Origin: Thalia democratica
Lineage: Eukaryota
DNA: 64,000 nt
Assembly: GCA_965202585.1 (NCBI GenBank)
Contig: OZ241829.1
Location: 33,852,001-33,916,000 of the forward strand
Direction of reading: 5' to 3'
Shown: one piece after another, positions 1 through 8,907 of the stretch
Layout: each line of letters opens with the position of its first letter
Position numbering within the stretch: position 1 is the first letter of the stretch
The notes under the pieces: model-generated
The model's database searches: none
Seen by the model: the letters and a program-made list of their open reading frames with translations, nothing else
What the model was told of the DNA's origin: nothing
Made by a program: the position numbers and the translations under genes

Positions 1-489
1 TGCTATAATAATAAACAAAGAAAGCTGTTTGCTTTAAATATATTAGGTGAAAAAATTTACTCATCTTTTCAACTACTATTTTAAAAAGCAAGGAAATAAA
101 AGATAAGCGTTATGCATTTTCTATAAACATAGTTAAATAATCCAGGAAAAGTTTAACTTTTTTTTCTTAAACAATGTAAATTACTTGTTGTTTTAGTGCT
201 TTTATAAAATGCTTTTAAATATTTTACAGTCAATAAATTATTTATACAATTAAGCTTAAAATAATTTTTGTTTTTTTGATTTATTCACAAAAAAAGCATA
301 AACTAGTATTTTAAAAGTGTAACTTTATATTTAAATCACATAGATAAAAACAAGTTTATGTATTGAGTTTATCTATTTCTAAGTTCATACTTTTCAACTA
401 AACAACACAACTTATTTTTATACAAAGAAAGTTTTTAACGTGCAAAATTTAACTTTATAGCAAAAAATTTATTAAATCTTTTGTTGCAG

Positions 490-614
490 GTCTCATTTGG
501 TTGAAAAACAAACAAACAGCTGCTGTCTATGGTTGGAAAATTCCAATAAGTTACTCATTTCTATGTGTTTATTGTATAAAGTGTGAGCAATTAAATTTCA
601 CTAAAAAGCTTTGA
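490..614 (+). CDS. Possible exon of a gene lying left of the window
   Basis: Strong acceptor TCTTTTGTTGCAG ending at 489, followed by an open frame GLIWLKNKQTAAVYGWKIP..stop at 614. No homology recognised. Confidence 0.2.
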
Positions 615-1960
615 GTTTTAGTAAACGTAAAACATATTGAATATAAGTAATAGTGTTGATTTCTTGGAACCGTGGTGAATTAAAAAAGACTAAAGCAACA
701 GTTCAAACAAAAAGTTAGAAAATAATGTAAAAACTTTCATTAGCAACTTCTGATGTAGTGAATTTTTAAGTTTTGTTTACAGCTGTTATTTATATTTACC
801 CTAATTACAGTAAACTACAAATATTCTTGATGATGGTTTGTTTGCTTAGGTTCTGAATTTTTAATTTTTAAAAAATGTATATTGATAAATCTTTAATTAC
901 AGTCTATTATCAAGCTTAATATTATTAAAGTCTATTAAGAATTTTTTTTTATTTGATTGAAAATTCCTTGTTAGTTATTTCCAACTAACATTTTGTTGTA
1001 ATTCTCTACATGTAAGTATTTTTCAGCTAAATTGAAAATATTTTTTATAAACGAAATATCTCTTACCAAGTGTTTTTGTTTAAAGTTTTGGGACTGTCTT
1101 TTTAATAATTTTAACCAATTATTATTTGTCTTACAAAATATAGATACAAGTTTTTGTATAGTTTTAAAACATTACTTTACTGTTTTTAAATTTATTAAAC
1201 TGATTTTTTTCCAACACACACTAAATTGTAATTTGTTAAATCTCAACTTATTAAAACTTTTTACTTGTTTGTTGTCAGGCAATATAATTTGAAAAATACT
1301 CATAGTTACAATCCCTAATATTTAAATAGTTTTTTTAAAGTGTCTCTTTATCTACATTCATAAGTATCTCGTTTTTAATGAGTTCAATAGAAAGAAATTA
1401 TAATATTTTTGAAAATTTAAATGTATGATATCATATTATATTACATTACCTTTTTACAAGCTATCATATTTAGTAAACACAAACAAAACGGAATACTATA
1501 GTAATTCAATAGTTACTAAGTTTTCATTTGAGATTTTTACTCAGGTTTATATATTTTTTTAAACTGTTAGTTTCAGAAGTAAACATAAATAATTTCTTTT
1601 TCAAACTTTAATAAACACTGCACTACGCCAGTACAAAATAATGGAGTTGATCTGCCTACGAAAAAACTAAGTCTCAGAATTGAATATTGTTGATTGTCGT
1701 ACGGTACAGTTTAGTGTTTATTATTGAATGATAACGTTGAAAATATCTCAGATTTGCTCAAGACAGCCAAAACAACTTCTAGTTATTTGAAACTGCACAT
1801 AACTCTGCAAAAAATATTTTGCCAATTTTGTAATTAATTCAAAAAATAAATATGCAAAATACTTTGCATTAAAGTTTTTCCATTTAGTATTAGAAGTAAC
1901 TAGTATGCAAAATGATTGAAGAAAATATTATTATATATAAAATTTAAAGCAATACTATCA

Positions 1961-2788
1961 CAGTAACTTGCCGCTTAGGTAGGCACAGCGCATAAGTGCG
2001 TACCTGAGAAATTTTGATCTCTATTTACCTACTTTAAGCCTAATGCATGGTTGTTTTTATTAACATCGCTTTTTTATACAATTTTTACATCTATGTTTTT
2101 ATCATGGGGTACGTAAATGTCAATTACAATATTCATGATTTTCGTTTATAAGAGTTTTATATTCAGGGTTGCCACTTTACCTGGAACTTAAGAAATTTTG
2201 AAAAAAACCTGGAATTTTAACAATTTTCACATGTTAAGTAGTAAAATTTCGATTTGACTTAAAAGATCTATCATACAAATAATTTTTTTGTCATCATCAA
2301 AAAATAATTTTATAAAAAAACATATTTAAAGTAGCCTAACAGTATCTTTTCAATGTTTTTATACTATTTAACAAATTTTCTTAACTTCAAGTTAATTTTA
2401 AACTAAAAATAGACCCAAAAATGTGTACTTTTAAAAAACTGAAAGAAATTTGGAAAACCTAAAAATTTTTTTGAAAAAACGAGTGGCAACCCTGTATAAC
2501 ACTTTTAATATTTTTTAGTCATTGGGTATGAAAATTTAAGTTTCACTCTTGGTTATTTTCGTTTAATAAATAAACTGTAATTTGTTTGTTTAGGATATGA
2601 TATGGAGTTGTTAAGTTTTTTTTTTGTTTCCTTTAGTTTTAACTCATTTAGGTTTACTGCAGCATAATTTATTTTAGGTATAATACTTTTGCATTACTAC
2701 TTTCGGGTTTAAATTTAAAGTAAAACAAGAGCATCTTTCGGCCAAAACCGCCTACCCAAGAAATGCGTACCTAAGCGGCAGATTACTG
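1961..2788. mobile_element. Non-autonomous Tc1/mariner (pogo/Tigger-like) MITE
   Basis: ~25-bp TIRs CAGTAACTTGCCGCTTAGGTAGGCA / TGCGTACCTAAGCGGCAGATTACTG, CAGT termini, TA on the right flank (left flank is CA). Confidence 0.7.
2164..2494. mobile_element. MITE with CAGGGTTGCCA termini (hAT-like), nested in the Tc1-like MITE
   Basis: Perfect 13-bp TIR CAGGGTTGCCACT / AGTGGCAACCCTG. No clean TSD. A related left end begins at 63887. Confidence 0.75.
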
Positions 2789-3087
2789 TATATACAATGT
2801 CAGTTACTACAATGTTTTCTTAAACAAAAGAATAAGTTTTTAAAGCTTTTTACTGCTAAATAAGTTATAAAATAGTTTCAGTAAGGGTGTAGTAAGTCTA
2901 AGTTGTTCTTAAGTTAACTAACAGTTTAAAATATATAAAACTGGCTGCTTTAATGTCATTAAATAATTACATTTTATGTCAAAGTTGCAGTTTATTAAGA
3001 ACCTGTAAAACTTATAAAAAATATTTTTTTCAATGCCTTATTTCTTTATGGTTTGTTTAAGCCAGATCTGATCATTTTCAATACACT

Positions 3088-3175
3088 AAAATCGATAACC
3101 AAAAGGTTTTTTCGTGCACCAGGTCCTAGGACCAAATATTTTGAGCGCTTTTATTTTTGTCATTCAGTAAACAAT
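3088..3175 (+). mobile_element. SINE-like repeat family copy (5'-truncated)
   Basis: Shares TCGATAACCRAAAGGTTTTT-TCGTRCACCAGGTCCTAGGACCAAATATTTTGAGCG with five other loci. Confidence 0.7.
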
Positions 3176-3829
3176 AACTAACATCATTTCTCATTATATA
3201 CTTTTTACATCAAAATATTTGTCTACCCGATTAATTCAATCATGTTTGATTCTCATACAAAAAGTTTCAGTAGTATAACTCATATTTGAAAGGTTTCAAA
3301 ATAAAAAACCGACACAGAAAGCTTATTGCCGGTTTAAATTAATTTTAGGTTCATTCGAGTGATGGTTTTAATTTAATTTGAGTTTTTTTTGTGATAAATT
3401 GTGACTATTCTTAATTTATTACTGAAAAAAAAAACATATATATTGTTTGTTTCGAAGAACTGTTGTTTTGGAATGTATAATTGGACATTGCTTGCTTTGG
3501 AATCGTTGAATATTTTGGTTGTTAAAGTTTGAATTTTTTCAGTTTGTGCCATGTATGAGTTTTATGTTTGTTATAACACTGTAATTTGTTTTTTTCTTTT
3601 TATGTTAGTGTCTTTCAATTTAAGTGGCTTAGGTTTTAATGTCTAGGTCCTTCATTTGACAATAACTTCAAAAAAAAAAACCTCTACATACCTTTATGAT
3701 ATATATATATTTGTAAAACTAAATATATTCCATTTGTTTTCTAAATACTACTTGGAAATTCTTGTGACTTATGATAATTTATTATTCAATTTGTTAAGTT
3801 GTTAAAAGTATTGCCATTTTTCTTATAAC

Positions 3830-4096
3830 CATCTGACCTAATGTCATTAGGCTCTGACCTAGTTATATTGTTACAAACATGTCTAGTGTTATAACTATCT
3901 GACCTAAAATCATAACGATTTGACTTACTGTTATTATGGCTACTATAACCACCTGTTGTCAGTGTTATACTAATGTGACCTACGGGTATAACAATCTGAC
4001 CTAATGGCATTGTAAGGATCTGACCTAGTAAGGTTGTAGCCGTCTGACCTAATACAATAATAAGGTGCAGGTCTACTGTCGTTATAACTAAAAGAT
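3830..4096 (-). repeat. Degenerate 21/24-bp tandem repeat (TAGGTCAGA core on the minus strand)
   Basis: Exact TGACCTA at 3834, 3855, 3900, 3976, 3997, 4021, 4045, plus variants; spacings mostly 21 or 24. Confidence 0.85.
3970..4096 (-). CDS. Candidate terminal exon (RSDxYN repeats) of the fucosyltransferase gene
   Basis: Minus strand shows a T/C tract, a CTAAC branch-like motif and a CTTTAG acceptor. A phase-2 start matches the 12-nt exon and reads SFSYNDSRPAPYYCIRSDGYNLTRSDPYNAIRSDCYTRRSH-stop. The link across a 2.7-kb LINE-containing intron is inferred. Confidence 0.35.
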
Positions 4097-4599
4097 CTAA
4101 AGTGGTTATGTGGTGTAAACGACATGTTAGGGAAGCGAATAGGGAAAAAAAAAAAATGTTATAGTATTATTAATACGCTACTAAAAACTAAATTATTTAG
4201 TTTTGTTACTGTTTGCTGTTTAATTATAAACTGGTTGGGTCGGCTTATGATCAAATGCGACAAAATCTATTTTAGTTAAAACACCCTATGAGTAAGTATT
4301 TTATAACTTAATAGTATTAGAAAACTCGAATACTAATTAAATAGTAAATAACTAATTTTAACTTAAAAAAATTAAATGCTACAATAACTTTCAAACAACA
4401 AAATATTCATTATTATTTAAAACTACAAATAGTAATTTAGTTTATATGCTTATGTTACAGCAAAGTTCAAATAAGTACAACACACACTACGATTTATTAT
4501 TACGTCTTAAAACTACAAACAAAAAGTAGAAAGTATAATACAGTTACTTTCGAAACAGTAAAAAATGTACACAACAAGTAATTACTATTTTTTAAGAGG

Positions 4600-6020
4600 C
4601 TAAATAAAAATACAAGAAAAACTCTTACTTTGACAACAACTGGAAGTAGACGAACATTCACTGTGCATTAAACTCATACAAAGAAATTGAGATAAATCGT
4701 TCCGAATTTAGTAGATAGCTGCTAAGTTATTTGAACTTCAACGAATAAAAGGCGACGTGACAAAAGAAACAACTTCGAACTCGAAAAATGAAGCGGATAA
4801 TGTAGCGAATGAAAAGGACACGAAAAAATCTACGTCTCGCAGAAAATAACAATTTTTGACTTTCTAAGCATCGAAAAGAAAGTCTTTTTTCAGCTGAAAA
4901 CGCGTTTATATGTCGAATTGCTTTTCTTTCGATGAAAATTTCCATTTGCAGGAAACTACAAAATATCTAATTAAGCGCTTGTTTAACACGCTTTTCAAGA
5001 CTGGTAAATGTATTTTTTTAATATGATGGAAGATACTCGAAAGAATATAAGCTTCTCAAAAGGACAGATGGAGGGCGATATCCTCACAGTCTTATGTACA
5101 GAACTTACCATTGTGATTGAAAACTGATAAGAAACTTTAAGCAGAGATGTTTTTACGGAGTACAAAACTATTTATAACAATAATCTTTACTATTCTTATA
5201 TTAAAAGCATAGAAAATAGTTAAAGTTGATGAGTAAAAAAAGTATAGCTGCCTTCTAAAAGACCTATGTACAGACCATTAATACGTTTGATCATAGGAAT
5301 AGTTCAAGACAGTATAAATTCACCCCGGGACAGCGATGACTTTTGGGTTTGTTTAATTCCGAAAAGTGGCAACACTTATTAGAGTATATTGTGTATTTGA
5401 TTATGTATGACTGTATAATAAATCAAAAGTCCTTACAACACTTGAATTTTGAGTTTAGAGTAATAAATAAATGAGTTGCCTCTTATCATTGAATCTCATT
5501 TTGAAAAAAATCTTTGAACCGTTGAAAAAGTTAGATTAAAATAACTCATTGTTTCAATTCTATTGAGTTCTAAATGCTGAAAAATCTTTCTAATCACACT
5601 ACTTAAGCGTAATATATTTATATTGCAATAGATACGTAGAATTAGTTGTTTCTTTTTAGTTTCATTGCTGAGGTTTTGCACTTTTGGAAGCATGTGACCT
5701 CAAAATTGAAGAGCTGATCAATGTTTTACGGAGAACTTTTGTTTGGCAATCACCGTGACAGATTGGTACAAAGTTAGAAATTAAGAAAACTTCTCGTTTC
5801 TCTTGTACGAAGAAATGAAGCCTGATTTGAAGGTAAACGTGATAAAAACAGCAGAGTTTTTGGGAAAAAGTGAAATCTTGTTAAAAGATGATGGAAAGCG
5901 TTGGAAAGAAATTTTTGATAAATGTAGCTTCAAATTAATGAACAAATGTAAAGAAATTGACTTAAACAATAAAAAGTGTTATTTCTCATTCAGGAAATTT
6001 TGTACATTTTTTATTTGAAG
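4600..6020 (+). pseudogene. Decayed CR1/L2-like LINE reverse transcriptase
   Basis: Colinear, frameshifted RT-like motifs: ETTKYLIKRLFNTLFKTGK..WK (from 4952), WRAISSQS, SSRQYKFTPGQ, YDCIINQKSLQHL, SMFYGELLF (degenerate FADD), FKLMNKCKEI. Many stop codons. Confidence 0.55.
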
Positions 6021-6796
6021 AAAACTTTTTCTTTTATAGTTAAAGTTAATTTAAAAGTACATTACCGTTAATTTATTTTCATAATGTTTCTAACGTTGTA
6101 TAGGTCAAAGGACATTTAGAATTCCTTTATATCAGTTTAAAGTGATAAAAAGTTCAAACCAGTACTAATTTTTCAACCTTAGATAATGTTGTTAATTTTT
6201 GTGGTCATAAAAATTAAACTAAATTTAACTCGCATGTCCAATTTCAAATTTTTTAATTGTAATGCTTAGAAAACTAAAAAAAAAGTTCCACTTAAATATG
6301 CTTAAAACACTGTTTTACAAGGTGGTATGCTGTAAAACAAAAGTTCTATAAACAACGAAAAAATTTTTTGCAGCTTGAACAAAAAAAGCAAAAAAAAAAA
6401 ACTGTTTGTCAACATGTTTTAAAATAAATTGGTACAGCTAAAAACTCAAGCGTTTAGTGTACTTTAAAATTAATATACCTAACTTTAATTCACTTTTTTA
6501 CTAACAATTTATAAACAAAACTAAGTGTTTCAAAAGAAGTAACAAAAATTTTTGTAAAACATTTTGAAGTTTGATAAAAAATCTAATAAAATAGCTTTTT
6601 TTACAATATGCTTCAATAAAATTATATATAGTAAAAGAGTCACAAAATGATTGCACCTTAGAAATTAATTAAGGTACTGTAACATAACTAAACTTTTTTA
6701 GTAATTTTTATGTACTGTTTTTTGTAGCTTCAGTACTTTCTATTCACGAAAGCAGACTTTATCCACCAACTTTTGACCTCAGTTTTCCAAACTTAC

Positions 6797-8589
6797 TTGA
6801 AAAATAATCTGTGTAGAATTTAGTATGTTAACATTTTTACAGGTATTTTATATATAGATTTTATTTATATTCATTAGTAGAAAAAAAGTTTTACAGTTCA
6901 AAAAACGATTTTTTTTTAGCTTTTTAGATGAAACTCGTGCTATAGTATATTGAACGACAAAAAAAGACGCTTAACATATTTAGTCCTAGGACCTGGTACA
7001 CGAAGAACCTTTCGGTTATCGAGTCGCACACCACGGATACCTTTTAACGTCTTATCCAGGACAGTTGTTTAGATAACTAAAACTAACAAACTTTACTGCA
7101 TTTAGTCAATACCTTATAATTGGAAACATTCCATTTTTACTAAACATAGTTTCTGAAGTTTAATTTTAATTTTCATAGGTAATTAGCAAATCAAAGTAAA
7201 ATTGAATTAAAGTTATTATTTATAGTTTTTTTTTTCGAACCAAATCGTCGAATCATTTAAAGTATATTAACAAAAAATAAAACTGGATAAGCATTTAAGT
7301 TTTCTTATTAAAACTTTTTTGTGTTAATAACTCTAAGTAAAACAACACATTGCACCAAAAATTGATTTTATTTTTAAACAATTTTAAAAACTTATAAACA
7401 ATCTATACTATACATATTATAAAATTCCTTGGAGATTAATTCAAATTATACATACTACATTTTAATGATAGTTTATGCTTTAAGTAAAAAAAAATACAGC
7501 TTATATCTAGAGACATAGTTGAAATTACTTTTATAATATAAGGCTTTGAAGAATAAATTAGTTTTGAACAAACAAATTTGATTTACCTGAACTGTTGCTT
7601 GGTTGTTATTTCCTTTTTCAAAGATAAAATACTTGGTCATAAAGCTTTGTTTGCTGGATTTAACTGAAAATACAGTATTCTTTTTAAGCTAATGTTTAAA
7701 AAAAGGTATCTTTCTATTTAATTTCCTTAATTTAAAAAAATAAACTTACTCTTTTTTGTAAACATGTTCTTAATAGAAATTAAAAGGTATTCACCATTAA
7801 AACCAAAGCTAAAATAATTTGTTGTCTTTGTTAGTTTCAAGGAGTTAAACTTATTAAAAGTTAAATGTGTTTTTTTACCATGAAAGTTTTAACTAAAAAT
7901 TTCGTTGAACATTTAATGTTCAGAAACATTTAGTTTAAGATATTGATACCTTAAAAGGTTATAAACTATTATTTGTATTTATGTAAACTGTACATTTGTA
8001 AAAGTACTTACAACTGACGGCAACCCTTCTAATTTAGATGATTCCTGTAAAATAAAATAAAAAGAAATTTTTTTTTGATAGTTTACTCAGTTGAGAACTT
8101 TTAAAATAGATTAAGTAAAGTTTGCAAAAAGTATTATAAAAAAAAAAAGATAAATAACCATGAAAAAAATAGAAAAATTTAGAATCAAAATTTTCTTATA
8201 ACAACTTTAGTGTAAATACAAATGTTTGCTTTAAAGTGTTTTCAAAGTTTATCTGTATTTTGCTAAAATAAGTAAAATTAAGATGTATAGTAAGTTTTTT
8301 TAAAATACTTTTTAAAAGTTGAAGATGCCATTTTTTCAAAATCAATCTTAAAAGATTAACTTGAGTAACAATTAAGCTAAAATGAAAAAAAAACATTTTT
8401 TTTATTAAATCTTATAAAGTATTTATAAAATATAGCTTCTTTATTTAGAAACAGAAGTACTCGTATAACAAACTGTTGAAGGTTTTACAAAAAAATTAGT
8501 CAAACCTGCTCTTTTGCTAGTTTTTTAGCATCTTCTATCAGTTGTAATACGTTTATCAATCGGGAAAACAAGTCGTTAGACGATTTTTG
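6797..8589 (-). CDS. Putative C-terminal extension exons 10-16 of the fucosyltransferase gene (function unknown)
   Basis: Phase-compatible GT-AG exons 8506-8589, 8012-8044, 7795-7849, 7587-7663, 7456-7477, 7113-7152, 6797-6808. They encode QKSSNDLFSRLINVLQLIEDAKKLAKEQ-ESSKLEGLPSV-FNSLKLTKTTNYFSFGFNV-KSSKQSFMTKYFIFEKGNNNQATVQ-HKLSLKCK-TMFSKNGMFPIIR-LFF. Donors are GTTTGA, GTAAGT, GTGAAT, GTAAAT, GTATGT, GTATTG, GTAAGT. No homology recognised. Confidence 0.55.
6951..7061 (-). mobile_element. SINE-like repeat family copy
   Basis: Reverse-orientation copy including the 5' TGTCCTGGATAAGACGTTAAAA segment; lies in an intron of the predicted FUT extension. Confidence 0.7.
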
Positions 8590-8907
8590 CTGAATAGAAA
8601 TATTTTCATGTTAACTACCAATGATAAGTTTTATTTCTATACATTTTAAAACAGTTCAAAATTCTTTAAAGTTTTGCATCCGATCGTTTTCAATTATTAG
8701 TGCAAAAAAAAGGCATTAATGAGAATAATCATACAGGTATAACAATTCGAGCTATACTGAGAAGTAAATAGCTTTTTATACTTGAATGAAAAAAACTGGT
8801 ATGTACACAACTAAATTTCATGTCAAAATTTAAGACATACAGCTATTAAAACAGTTTTATCAAAATTAAAGTACATTGAAAACTACTTTACAAAAAAAGT
8901 AAAAAAC

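Noticed and set aside
1032-1292. 86-aa ORF and other F/L/K/I-rich ORFs (8196, 28914, 33525, 47588, 48254, 56010, 63261)
   Set aside because: Low-complexity translations of AT-rich non-coding DNA.
1611-1720. Short inverted repeat ATAAACACT..AGTGTTTAT as a MITE
   Set aside because: Only nine bases pair cleanly, with no TSD or second copy.
4640-5130. Resemblance to a P-element/THAP9 C-terminus (LLKRTDGGRYP; EHSLCIKLI)
   Set aside because: The motifs are in the wrong order, and other frames give a consistent LINE RT series.
6290-6690. Alternative FUT terminal exons (acceptors near 6678, 6438 and 6330)
   Set aside because: Each gives only a few residues before a stop and none can be ranked from sequence alone; left unresolved.
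6728-6806. Plus-strand exon-like frame ASVLSIHESRLYPPTFDLSFPNLLEK-stop
   Set aside because: No upstream plus-strand gene to join apart from a LINE relic, and it overlaps the better-supported minus-strand microexon.
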